From Abditibacteriaceae bacterium (GTDB taxonomy: Bacteria > Armatimonadota > Abditibacteriia > Abditibacteriales > Abditibacteriaceae): a stretch of DNA of 33,480 bases. The stretch lies in NCBI GenBank assembly GCA_031372065.1, contig JANMKN010000298.1, forward strand, positions 1 through 33,480. Direction: 5' to 3'. Shown here in pieces: positions 9,102 through 17,917 of this stretch; position 1 is the stretch's first letter; each line of letters starts with the position of its first letter. The position numbers and the translations under genes are program-made. Below the pieces are notes generated by a model. That model made no database searches. It saw nothing but the letters and a program-made list of their open reading frames with translations, and was not told the DNA's origin.

Positions 9102-10442
9102 TCAGGGCATGGCTTTTGGCTCTGGTAACTTCGGTAAATTGCGGCGCCATGTGAGTGCTGCCTCGCTCATTTGCCGCGCGATCTCTGGTTGCTGCAAGGC
9201 CAAATTCTTTTCTTCGTTGGCATCGGTTTTCAAATCGTAAAGTTCGGCGTCGCTTCCATCGGCATTGATGAGCAGTTTCCAGTTGCCACTGCGCATCGCC
9301 ACGTTCGGGCTGCGGTCACGGCCTGCGGCGTAAGCGAACGATTCGTTATTGCGTCCGTATTCCCAAAACAGCGGTTTGGTGCGCGCTTGCGGCGTGCCAA
9401 GCAATGCTGCACTGAGATTTTCTCCATCCAAAGGCGCATTTGGCACTTGCGCGCCGCCAATAGTCGCTAACGTCGGCAGCATATCAACGCCGCAAATGAG
9501 CGTTATGTCGTCGGTTTTTCCGGCAGGCACATGGCCGGGCCAATAAGCAATAAACGGCAGGCGAATGCCGCCTTCATAAAGGCTCAGTTTGCTGCCGCGC
9601 AATTGCGTGGCGCGTTCTCCTTTGAAAGTCGGTAACGGGCCGTTATCGCTGGCGTAAATTAAAAGCGTATTCGGCGGCAAATTATCCAGCAATCTGCCGA
9701 TTTGCTTATCGTTTTCTACAATCACACGCGCTAATTTTTTTCGTGTGTCGCCTTTAGGGAGTGCGCCGTCATCTTCGCCGGGCACCCAGGGCGTATGCAC
9801 GTCATCGGGCCACAAATTGATAAAACATGACTTGTCTTGGTGGCGCGCTAAAAAATCCAGCGTTTTGTCCACGAAAAACGCGGTGCGCTCCCAGCGCTTG
9901 ACTTTGTCTTGCGGCGACCAAATCCAATCGGTCGCGGTGATGTCGGGATGTGGCTCTGGGCTTTCCCATGTGCCGATGCCTTCATCGTAGCCATAAGCCG
10001 CGAAAAGCGGCATATCTTTCACGTCGCGCCCGCCGCCCAAATGCCATTTGCCGATGTGCGCCGTGGTGTAGCCCGCTTGGTGCAAAACGCGCGGCAAAGA
10101 GGGCGCTTTGGCGTCCAAAAAATCGGCCTGCTCGCACTCGCGGTTGCCTTTTTTCGTTTGCAAATAACTGGTGATGTTCCAGCGCGCTGGAAAACTGCCG
10201 GTGATAAGTCCGCAGCGCGACGGCGAACAAATCGGCGCCGCCTGATAAAACTGCGTGAACTTGGTGCCGCCTTGCGCCAAGCGGTCAAGATTCGGCGTCG
10301 GCGCGATTTTGCCGCCATACGGCCCGATGTCGCCCGGCCCCAAATCATCGGCCAAAAAGAAAATGATATTCGGCTTTTCGGGCGTCGCGGCGTGGGTCAT
10401 GGAAATCGAAAAAAACAGGGTCAGTAACAGGAAAGATTTCAT
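9102..10442 (-). CDS. Secreted Cys-type sulfatase (arylsulfatase A-like)
   Basis: KPNIIFFLADD, CSPSR, GKWHLG, SDNG, LYEGGIRLP; signal peptide. Confidence 0.93.
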   Translation of the reverse strand: MKSFLLLTLFFSISMTHAATPEKPNIIFFLADDLGPGDIGPYGGKIAPTPNLDRLAQGGTKFTQFYQAAPICSPSRCGLITGSFPARWNITSYLQTKKGNRECEQADFLDAKAPSLPRVLHQAGYTTAHIGKWHLGGGRDVKDMPLFAAYGYDEGIGTWESPEPHPDITATDWIWSPQDKVKRWERTAFFVDKTLDFLARHQDKSCFINLWPDDVHTPWVPGEDDGALPKGDTRKKLARVIVENDKQIGRLLDNLPPNTLLIYASDNGPLPTFKGERATQLRGSKLSLYEGGIRLPFIAYWPGHVPAGKTDDITLICGVDMLPTLATIGGAQVPNAPLDGENLSAALLGTPQARTKPLFWEYGRNNESFAYAAGRDRSPNVAMRSGNWKLLINADGSDAELYDLKTDANEEKNLALQQPEIARQMSEAALTWRRNLPKLPEPKAMP

Positions 10443-11464
10443 TGTTTTGTGATGGCGGGCGCTTCGCTACACAGCCATGTGAATAATTCGCGCACGCGCG
10501 TTTTTTGCTGATCGTTGATTTTTAAATAACGATAAGCGCCGTTTTCCTGCGCTTTCCACGAGGTGAAGCCATCGTTTTCGACGGTAATCGTGCCGTTTTC
10601 CGACACATCAAAGTAGCTGCGATCTGGAAAAACGGCGTAGAGAACGGCGGTCAAATCCCACGTCGGGCGCTCGTGGGGCGGCGCTTCATACAAATAATAG
10701 GCTTCTTTGAGCGGATGATGCGCCACGTAGTCGTAATCGCGCGTGATGCTTTGCGCCGAATAGGGCACGGCGATGCCGATTTCAAAGCCCGACCACACCA
10801 TCGGCGTCGGCCACTGCGTCGCCAGTTTCTGCGCCAAGGGAATGTCCTTGATGACGTTGTATTCTTTGTAATGCGTATCGTTGCCGATGTTGGTAAAAGC
10901 GCCTGCCATCAACGACAATAATTTCACTTTTTGCTTCACTAAATCGCGCCCGCTCAAGGGCGAAAATTCATCGGCGGGCGAATCCAGTAAACGCGCTAAA
11001 TTGGTGCTGAAACCCACTTGAACTATCGTCACCGCGCCATCAGGCTGCTTGCTGAGTGTTTCGCGCAGCACTTTGGTGGCGTCTGGCGCGTCGGCGCCGC
11101 TGTTCAAATCGTGCGGATAACGCGCTTTGCCGTCGTCCATCGCGTCGGCGAGTTTGACAAAGCTACCGTCACTGCCGCGCACGCCATTTTTTACCACGCC
11201 AATTGGAATGTTGCCGCGCCCGTAAAATGTGTTAACGGCATCCACAAACGCGGCGGCTTTGGGCGTGTCGTTGGTGACTGTCACAGCCAAAAGTTCGCAG
11301 GCGCCGCGTTTTTGCAGGTTGTGAATCAATCCAAGCGCCAAAACATCGTCCACATCGTTGCCGATGTCGGTATCGAAAATAATAGGCGTTGGCGCGGCAA
11401 AAGATGAGGCGCTAAAGCCGAGCGCAAAAAATAGCAAGCCAATTCGGGCAAAGGGAAATCTCAT
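10439..11464 (-). CDS. Secreted nucleoside hydrolase-like protein (IUNH fold)
   Basis: DTDIGNDVDD Ca-binding motif, G..TNLA, MAG, EYN, WDLTAV; signal peptide. Confidence 0.85.
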   Translation of the reverse strand: MRFPFARIGLLFFALGFSASSFAAPTPIIFDTDIGNDVDDVLALGLIHNLQKRGACELLAVTVTNDTPKAAAFVDAVNTFYGRGNIPIGVVKNGVRGSDGSFVKLADAMDDGKARYPHDLNSGADAPDATKVLRETLSKQPDGAVTIVQVGFSTNLARLLDSPADEFSPLSGRDLVKQKVKLLSLMAGAFTNIGNDTHYKEYNVIKDIPLAQKLATQWPTPMVWSGFEIGIAVPYSAQSITRDYDYVAHHPLKEAYYLYEAPPHERPTWDLTAVLYAVFPDRSYFDVSENGTITVENDGFTSWKAQENGAYRYLKINDQQKTRVRELFTWLCSEAPAITKQ

Positions 11465-11488
11465 GGAATCTATTTCAACAGAAAATTT

Positions 11489-12628
11489 TTACTTTGGCTT
11501 TTCCACGACATAAAAATACATCAGCGCGCCACCTTTGGGAGCGTTTTTGAAATCGGGTTTGAACTTGAGGCGCATTTTGGCGGAGCCTTGGCGCGGCGGC
11601 ACAAAATCGTAATTTTTGTCGGGCCGCAAAAGCGCCAGTTGCGCGACATCGCCTGCATCGGAATTGATAGCATCCCACACGCCTTTGGCTTGCCAGAAGC
11701 GTTGCACATCGGCCACAGTCCAGCCGCCCCACAAACTCACGCCGAAAAAGCCGCCGCCATGCCGCGCCGCGATAATGCTGGCGCTTTCCGAATCCGCTTC
11801 TTTGATGAAAAGCAAATACAATTTGGAACTGTCTTTCGAACAGCCGATGCTGGCGCGGCACGAACGCATATGATCGAAATCGGGAATGTGCCCGGCGTCT
11901 TGCGGCGTCGAAGGCGCTGGCTGTTTGACTGGCGGCAAGCTAAACGGCTGCAATTTCAGCGGCTTGCCGTCTTTGATTAAACATTGTGCGCTACCGCCGC
12001 CAAAATCAAATTCGCGCGCCAAAACTTGCGACGATGGTTTGTGAAATATCTTGAAAACCGGCGCGCCATTCTGATATTTCACGCCAAAACTCCAGCGATG
12101 ATTGGCGCCCCAATTATGCACTTTGCCATTGATAACAACGGGCGAAACATGAAATGCCGCGCCGCTGGCCCATTTTGAGCCGCCATGATAGCCAAAAAAC
12201 AAGCCGTTCCACAACGCGATAACGCGACCTTCGCTTTTGTTCAATTGCCGCGTCATTTGCGCCGCGCCGCGATTCCAATAAAAACAATGATTATCCCACG
12301 GCTTTTTGTCATCGGAATCTTGATCGAACATCGCAAAACGCAATTTGGGATTGGCCTTGAAATCGAATTCAATCAGTTCGCAAACGGTGTGGTCGAACGA
12401 AGAATTGTCTATCCAATGCGTCACGCCGCGTGTGGGTGACTCTTTTTTGGCGTTCGGCCACGGCCATTTGGCCAACGGTGCTGGGTCGGTTTGCGCCGTG
12501 CCAAGTTGCACAGTCTTTACATCATTCAGCCAACGCTGTTTGGCAAAGAACGTGGCGGTGCCGCCAAACAAAAGCACCGCGAGAAAAATTACACGTTTGC
12601 GGCGTTTTGAAAATTTATCGTTCGACAT
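11489..12628 (-). CDS. Membrane-anchored phosphodiester glycosidase (NAGPA)-like protein, divergent
   Basis: N-terminal anchor; WNGLFF, RASIG and DAINSDAG resemble the NGGFF, RTAIG and AxNLDGG motifs. Confidence 0.5.
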   Translation of the reverse strand: MSNDKFSKRRKRVIFLAVLLFGGTATFFAKQRWLNDVKTVQLGTAQTDPAPLAKWPWPNAKKESPTRGVTHWIDNSSFDHTVCELIEFDFKANPKLRFAMFDQDSDDKKPWDNHCFYWNRGAAQMTRQLNKSEGRVIALWNGLFFGYHGGSKWASGAAFHVSPVVINGKVHNWGANHRWSFGVKYQNGAPVFKIFHKPSSQVLAREFDFGGGSAQCLIKDGKPLKLQPFSLPPVKQPAPSTPQDAGHIPDFDHMRSCRASIGCSKDSSKLYLLFIKEADSESASIIAARHGGGFFGVSLWGGWTVADVQRFWQAKGVWDAINSDAGDVAQLALLRPDKNYDFVPPRQGSAKMRLKFKPDFKNAPKGGALMYFYVVEKPK

Positions 12629-14324
12629 GGCTCAGGTCGCGGCGCATAAAATAAAGCGTTATCAGAAAGCAAAGCAAGCCCAGCAAAAACAGACCGCCGG
12701 GCACAAAAAACACATCGCGTGGCGAAGCCGGTGGTAAATCGCGGTAAGACGAAATGTAGCCACCCGGCTGCAAATGTGCTTGCGCCTCTAACGGATTGAG
12801 ATGGTTCAACGCGGGCACATAAGGAAAACAAATTATGCCGAGCAAGGCCACCGCTGTCGCCACGAAGTTTTGCCGCGACAGCCACGAAACCAAAGCGCCC
12901 CATGATGTGGCAAACCACGCTGTTGAGAACACTAAAAGCCCTGTGCCCATCATATGAGTGCCTGTCAAACCCGCGCCCCCATCGAAACGTGGAATGGTGC
13001 AGGGCAAAAGCGCCGGAAGTAAAGACAGCGAATAATATGCGATGACAATGACCGTGCCCGCGACTTTGCCCCACAGAATTTCGCGCGGCGTGAGGCAGGT
13101 CAGCATCAGAAATTGCAACATTCCGGCGGCGCGTTCGCGGGTGAAGGCGCTGCTGCCCAAAGCCGCGCCCGTTAGAGCGGCGGCTATAATCCAGAGCGAG
13201 GCAAAAATGCCCCAAAAGAAAGAGCGCGCGCCAGAATCGGCCAGCACTGCCAAAAAATAGCCGCCGAATGCCAACGCGACGAAGGCTAATGAACAACCCG
13301 CGCCACCGCCCGGTTGGGCGCCGACGTGCTGCGCCTTCAAGCGCAAATGCACGCGCAATTCGCGTTGTAAAACCGGGTTTTCAAAGCGCAAAAGTTCTGC
13401 GCCCGGCATATCCCAGCGTTTATAGCGTTCGGGGTCGTTTAAAGCCAAATCTTTGGTGTATAAATCGTTCGACGTGACCGAAATCGGCTCGCCGCGACCA
13501 ATATCCAGCGTCATAGGCCGCGCTGCATCCGGCGCATCCATCCAGGTGCGCTTGATTTCGGGCCGCATTTCCTTCATTGGCTGCCCCAATTGCCAGACGG
13601 CATTTGCAAGCAGACCCGCTATCACTACAATTTCAAACGAGATGACCCCAATAAGGAGGAGTGCGCCTCCAACATAGGAAGAAAAGAACAAGGGCAAGAT
13701 GATAAGAGGCCCGGCCCAACCCCAAAACCATGTGTTGACTAACGATTGAGCTATCGCCTCATTTAAGCGCGAAACTCTGGTTGAACTCCACAAACCCACT
13801 GTCGCGCCCAGCACAGCGGTGAGGGCTTGAAGCAAAGAAGCGCCGATGAATTCCTGCGGTGAGAGGCCGCCCAATTGAAAGCAAATCGCCGCCACAGGCA
13901 ACGGCACCAGCAACAATAAGGCGGCTAAGGCCAGCGCCGACAGCCATTTGCCGTGAATAATTTGCTGCTTGGTCAACGGCGCGAGCAGCAAATTTTCAAG
14001 CAGCCCACGTTCGCGCTCGCCCGCGATGGCTCCCGCCGTCAAAAGCGGCGCTAAAATCAGCCAACCCGCCATTTGCCATTGATTGAATTGAATAAACAAG
14101 GCGCGTCCGGGCAACGCTTTGCGAGTGTCCAGCATAAGGGCATCCATCAAATCACGACCTTCGGCGGCATCCCGATAATTAAAATACGCCAGCACCGCTA
14201 AAGCGATGGCGTAGCCAAAAACAATATAAAAGCTACGATTGCTACGCCAACGCGCACGAATTTCGCGGCGCAAAACCGGATTCGGTTCGGAAGGTAAGAA
14301 AGCCTGAATCAGCGAATTCACCAT
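12615..14324 (-). CDS. ABC-2 type permease with two tandem permease domains
   Basis: NPVLRREIR/NPVLQRELR, ERERGLLENLLLAPL/ERAAGMLQFLMLTCL and IIHGK/ILWGK repeated; hydrophobic. Confidence 0.8.
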   Translation of the reverse strand: MVNSLIQAFLPSEPNPVLRREIRARWRSNRSFYIVFGYAIALAVLAYFNYRDAAEGRDLMDALMLDTRKALPGRALFIQFNQWQMAGWLILAPLLTAGAIAGERERGLLENLLLAPLTKQQIIHGKWLSALALAALLLLVPLPVAAICFQLGGLSPQEFIGASLLQALTAVLGATVGLWSSTRVSRLNEAIAQSLVNTWFWGWAGPLIILPLFFSSYVGGALLLIGVISFEIVVIAGLLANAVWQLGQPMKEMRPEIKRTWMDAPDAARPMTLDIGRGEPISVTSNDLYTKDLALNDPERYKRWDMPGAELLRFENPVLQRELRVHLRLKAQHVGAQPGGGAGCSLAFVALAFGGYFLAVLADSGARSFFWGIFASLWIIAAALTGAALGSSAFTRERAAGMLQFLMLTCLTPREILWGKVAGTVIVIAYYSLSLLPALLPCTIPRFDGGAGLTGTHMMGTGLLVFSTAWFATSWGALVSWLSRQNFVATAVALLGIICFPYVPALNHLNPLEAQAHLQPGGYISSYRDLPPASPRDVFFVPGGLFLLGLLCFLITLYFMRRDLSHVER

Positions 14325-14437
14325 AAAAATAGGCCTGATAAAACTTTGGTTCTATTTTCCCATTTTGCGAGGTAACGTGTCGCAAAAGGCCCTCGCACGC
14401 CTGTTTCTGCGATTTTCGGGGCCATAATTACCAATTC

Positions 14438-14488
14438 CGGCCCCGCGCACGCGAATATCGGCCCCGCGCACGCGAATATCGGCCCCGC
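14438..14488. repeat. 21-bp tandem repeat, about 2.4 copies
   Basis: CGGCCCCGCGCACGCGAATAT at 14438 and 14459, partial copy at 14480; followed by TATTCGCGT, complementary to part of the unit. Confidence 0.9.
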
Positions 14489-14585
14489 TATTCGCGTTGG
14501 CGGAGCTGCGCGCGCCGATGGCGGAGCCACTATTCTCAATTTTCCGGCTTATAACGGGCATAATTTCGCTACACTGGCAAGTCAC

Positions 14586-15866
14586 ATGGCACATAGCGAA
14601 ACCGACTCCTTCGCCAATTACGGCGATGAGAATGTGATTCACGATTACGAAGCGCATCTCAACCCGTCGCTGGCAGCGTTGATGAAATTTGTCGGCTACG
14701 ACAGCGTGGAAATCGAAGCGCACGGCTGCGTGGTGAAAGATTCGCGCGGACGCGAATTTCTCGATTGTTTGGGCGGCTACGGCACCATGAGCGTGGGCTA
14801 TTCGCACCCAAAAGTCATCGCCCGCGTGCGGGAGCAGCTCGAACGGCAAGCGTTTTCATGCCGTGTTTTGTTCAACGCCACGCAAACGCGCCTCGCCAAA
14901 AAACTCGCCGAAATCGCGCCCGGCGATTTAAGTTGCGTGTTCTTTTGCAACAGCGGCGCCGAAGCCGCCGAAGCCGCTATCAAACTGGCGCGCCTGAAAA
15001 CGGGGCGCACCAAACTCGTTTCGGCTATTGGCAGCTATCACGGTAAAACACTCGGCGCGCTTTCGGTTTCGGGCCGCGACCGCTACAAGACACCCTTTCA
15101 ACCGCTGATTCCCGATTGTCTGCAAGTGCCTTTTGGCGATGTGTCGGCGCTCGAAAATAGCGTGGACGAAAGCACCGCCGCGCTGCTTTTGGAGCCAATT
15201 CAAGGTGAAGGCGGCATTATAGTGCCGCCCGATGGTTATTTAAGGGCCGCGCGCGACATTTGCGACAAACACGGCGCGCTTTTGGTTTTTGACGAAGTGC
15301 AAACCGGCCTCGGACGCACCGGCAAAATGTGGGGCTGCGATTGGGAAAACGTCGCGCCCGATATGCTGCTTTTAGCCAAAGCCTTATCGGGCGGCTGTGT
15401 GCCGATTGGCGCGGTTGTCGCCACGCCCGAAGTGTGGGAGGTGTGGAGCGAAAACCCGCTCATTCATTCGTCCACTTTCGGCGGCAATCCCCTCGCGTGC
15501 GCGGCAGGTTTGGGCGCGATTGAAGCGATTGAAAGCGAAGATTTAGTGTCGCGCTGCCAAAAGCAAGGCGAAAAGCTGATGGCCGCCATGCGCGCTGCTC
15601 AAGCAAAATATCCCGGCACCATTTTGGAAGTGCGCGGGCGCGGCCTCATGATTGGTGTTGAATTCGCGCTCGATGACATCGCCGGCCTTGCCGTCGCCGG
15701 TTTAGCGGGCCGCAATGTGTTGTCGGCTTACACCTTAAATAACCCAACCGTAGTGCGCTTCGAGCCGCCGCTTATCATCAGCGACGCCGAAATCGAATGG
15801 GCCGCGAGCGCTTTCGATGAAGCTGTTTCATCTACCGCCGAATTGCTACAAGGAATCGAGAATTAG
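14586..15866 (+). CDS. Class III PLP aminotransferase (putrescine/acetylornithine aminotransferase-like)
   Basis: FLDCLGGYG, NSGAEA, YHGKT, EPIQGEGG, DEVQTGLGRTG, AKALSGG, STFGGNP. Confidence 0.92.
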   Translation: MAHSETDSFANYGDENVIHDYEAHLNPSLAALMKFVGYDSVEIEAHGCVVKDSRGREFLDCLGGYGTMSVGYSHPKVIARVREQLERQAFSCRVLFNATQTRLAKKLAEIAPGDLSCVFFCNSGAEAAEAAIKLARLKTGRTKLVSAIGSYHGKTLGALSVSGRDRYKTPFQPLIPDCLQVPFGDVSALENSVDESTAALLLEPIQGEGGIIVPPDGYLRAARDICDKHGALLVFDEVQTGLGRTGKMWGCDWENVAPDMLLLAKALSGGCVPIGAVVATPEVWEVWSENPLIHSSTFGGNPLACAAGLGAIEAIESEDLVSRCQKQGEKLMAAMRAAQAKYPGTILEVRGRGLMIGVEFALDDIAGLAVAGLAGRNVLSAYTLNNPTVVRFEPPLIISDAEIEWAASAFDEAVSSTAELLQGIEN

Positions 15867-15899
15867 TCAATTGTCATTAGTTTTTGGTCATTTGTTTTT

Positions 15900-15956
15900 C
15901 TGACCACTGACCACTGAACTACTGACCACTGACTACTGACCACTGACCACTGACCA
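15900..15956 (+). repeat. Heptamer tandem repeat (CTGACCA)n, about 8 units, STRR-like
   Basis: CTGACCA units with two variants, running up to the ATG at 15959; degenerate inverted units (TTAGTCA, TTGGTCA) at 15863-15890. Confidence 0.9.
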
Positions 15957-15958
15957 AA

Positions 15959-16420
15959 ATGCCCACAATTACTGCTGAAATCATCATTCAGGCGCCGCTT
16001 TTAGAAGTCTGGGAAATGGCGCAAGACGTAGAAAATTTGCCGGATGTCATGCCGGATTTGGACGAAGTGAAAATTCTCGAAGACGAGAAAACCTCGCCCG
16101 CCACACGCCGCACCGTGACGCAATGGACGGGTCGCATCAAGCAATTCAACCGCAAGATGGCGTGGACAGAAGAAGACGTGTGGAACTACGAAAGTTTTAC
16201 CTGTCACTTCTGGCAAATCAAAGGCGATTTCGACGAATACAAAGGCGAATACAAATTCACCCGCGAAGGCACCGGCACACGCGTGACAATTGAAGTCACC
16301 TATCTTTTTAACGTGCCCCTTCTCGGCGCCTTGATGAACAAAGTCGTGCAAAAACTAATGCAAGACAACAGCGATTCGCTTTTAGCGGCACTCAAACAAC
16401 GCTGCGAAAACGCAAGTTAG
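15959..16420 (+). CDS. SRPBCC/START-fold (polyketide cyclase/Coq10-like) protein
   Basis: 153 aa; IQAPLLEVW..AQDVE.LP..MP, W.E, Q.KGDF..Y.G.Y, P.LG pattern. Confidence 0.85.
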   Translation: MPTITAEIIIQAPLLEVWEMAQDVENLPDVMPDLDEVKILEDEKTSPATRRTVTQWTGRIKQFNRKMAWTEEDVWNYESFTCHFWQIKGDFDEYKGEYKFTREGTGTRVTIEVTYLFNVPLLGALMNKVVQKLMQDNSDSLLAALKQRCENAS

Positions 16421-16441
16421 CCGTTCGCCGCCAAAAGCAAG

Positions 16442-16473
16442 AGAGCGACGCCAGTTTTGGCGTCGCTCTTTCT
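16442..16473 (+). terminator. Intrinsic terminator between convergent genes
   Basis: AGAGCGACGCCA-GTTT-TGGCGTCGCTCT, 12-bp stem, then TTCT. Confidence 0.75.
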
Positions 16474-16493
16474 GTTATTAAACTGTCTGGGTG

Positions 16494-16928
16494 TTACTGA
16501 TAAGTCCGCCCGTCGTGTTTGAGCCAACCTGCCGTGTGACGCCCTTTTGGGTCGTGGTGTGTCCAGTGGACCATACCTCCCTGTTCGTTCCACACATATT
16601 CGCCGTAGAAGCGGACGCTATCGCCCTTCTGGAGCCCGACGACTCTCGGTGCGATGTCGATGTTGTGCGCAATAAGCACCGTCTGACCTGATGCGAGGCG
16701 AACGATGAAACGTTGATGTCTGCTGCCATTGAGGTCATCCGGCAAGAGGCGAATGACTACGCCTTCGTCTTCAACCTGGACATTGCTCTTTCTGTTTTTG
16801 AATGCGCGCCCGGCTGGACTGTCGCCGCTGACCGCACCACCGTTTGGCGCCGAGAACTGAACGGCACGGCCACAGGCTGTCCAGCTCAAGGCACATATAA
16901 GGATTGCGGCAATGTAAATCCGTTTCAT
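16494..16928 (-). CDS. DUF3465-family exported protein (possible lipoprotein)
   Basis: GSRHQRFIV, IAHNIDIAPR, GEYVWN, HWTHHDP.GRH..GW motifs; RBS GGAGG. Confidence 0.85.
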   Translation of the reverse strand: MKRIYIAAILICALSWTACGRAVQFSAPNGGAVSGDSPAGRAFKNRKSNVQVEDEGVVIRLLPDDLNGSRHQRFIVRLASGQTVLIAHNIDIAPRVVGLQKGDSVRFYGEYVWNEQGGMVHWTHHDPKGRHTAGWLKHDGRTYQ

Positions 16929-17014
16929 AGGAAATATCCTCCCAACATTTTCTGAGTGTTAGTGGCGAATTTTATCTCAACCGCGCCTTCGCCGCAGGTG
17001 GAGTTCCCGCGCAG

Positions 17015-17102
17015 CAACAACGCCTGAACTCACCCACCGCCGGAGGCGTAGCGAGGCACGAACGGAGCGTAGGGCGTCGGGAGCAGGGCTTGGTTAGGCG
17101 AC
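17015..17102 (-). mobile_element. attC-like integron cassette recombination site
   Basis: On the - strand: GTC-GCCTAAC-CAAGC-CCTGCTCC-CGAC...GGTGAGT-TCAGGC-GTT; the cassette start GTCAGGCGAC (17184-17175) complements GTCGCCTAAC at 9/10 positions. Confidence 0.7.
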
Positions 17103-17173
17103 GGCGCAGGAACAACAGGGTCATCGCGCTTCCCGTCATTTTTTGCCTTACTGTTTGTCCTTTCAATGAATTG
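17102..17173 (-). pseudogene. Internally deleted copy of the 17717-17917 gene and its flanks (empty cassette)
   Basis: 17102-17149 matches 17683-17730 at 45/48; 17149-17173 matches 17917-17941 at 25/25; the 187 bp between them is absent. Confidence 0.85.
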
Positions 17174-17372
17174 AGTCGCCTGACTTGCAATTATAAAAAC
17201 GTTTTCCGCATAATATATGTCAAATTGGGATCAAGGTTTACGTCGTCACCACCGAAGGCCACGAAAAAGGCTCCAACGCCGAAAAGCTGACCGCATGAAA
17301 CCAAAAAGCGGATTGAAAAATCCCAGCCCGCTTTTTGTTGTTTTAGAGAACATCGAAAGGAAAGGAAACACC

Positions 17373-17609
17373 ATGAAAAACGGAATTTGTCCCAAATGCC
17401 AGAGCGGCGAAGTGTATCGGCACAAGGGCAGTGAAAACAGTGAACGAATCACACTAAAGGAAGCCGCTATTCCTGTATTTGGTGCGTTTGCTCAAATCAC
17501 CTGGCCAGATAAATACGTCTGCCTCTCCTGCGGCTACATCGAGTATTACTTGCCGGAAGCAGCAAACCTCGAACTCGTGAAAGAGAATTGGGAGAAGGTC
17601 AAGCCGTAA
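17373..17609 (+). CDS. Small zinc-ribbon protein (78 aa)
   Basis: RBS AAAGGA before ATG 17373; CPKC...CLSCGYIEYY; strong hairpin follows. Confidence 0.8.
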   Translation: MKNGICPKCQSGEVYRHKGSENSERITLKEAAIPVFGAFAQITWPDKYVCLSCGYIEYYLPEAANLELVKENWEKVKP

Positions 17610-17611
17610 AG

Positions 17612-17656
17612 GCAAACAAAAGCGCCGCTCGTTTTTCGAGCGGCGCTTTTGTTTGC
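17612..17656. terminator. Bidirectional intrinsic terminator
   Basis: 20-bp perfect stem GCAAACAAAAGCGCCGCTCG / CGAGCGGCGCTTTTGTTTGC between convergent ORFs. Confidence 0.85.
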
Positions 17657-17716
17657 TTTAATTTCTCGCAGCAATCAAGCGGCGGCGCAGGAATAACAGA
17701 GTCATCGCGATTCCCG

Positions 17717-17917
17717 TCATTTTTTGCCTTTGCGGAGCATATTGGTAATAAGATTGTTAGTGAGAGCGCCCATTGGACCTGCGATGCCAATAGCAACTGC
17801 TATGTTGCCGGTTGCCTGCCATGTGAGCCACCCAATACCGGCTCCTGCGCTCGCGCTCAAAAGAGTGGCGATAGCCTCAGAGCGCCACGATGGTTTGTCG
17901 CTTGGTTCTTGTTCCAT
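17717..17917 (-). CDS. Small membrane protein (66 aa), cassette-derived
   Basis: RBS AAAGGA; two Gly/Ala-rich hydrophobic segments and basic C-terminus; stop lies upstream of the terminator. Confidence 0.65.
   Translation of the reverse strand: MEQEPSDKPSWRSEAIATLLSASAGAGIGWLTWQATGNIAVAIGIAGPMGALTNNLITNMLRKGKK

Noticed and set aside
14438..14488. Possible CRISPR array
   Set aside because: Repeats are directly adjacent with no spacers, and no cas genes are present
17217..17372. Arg-rich N-terminal extension of the zinc-ribbon ORF
   Set aside because: A strong RBS precedes ATG 17373; the upstream sequence looks like a remnant or noncoding DNA
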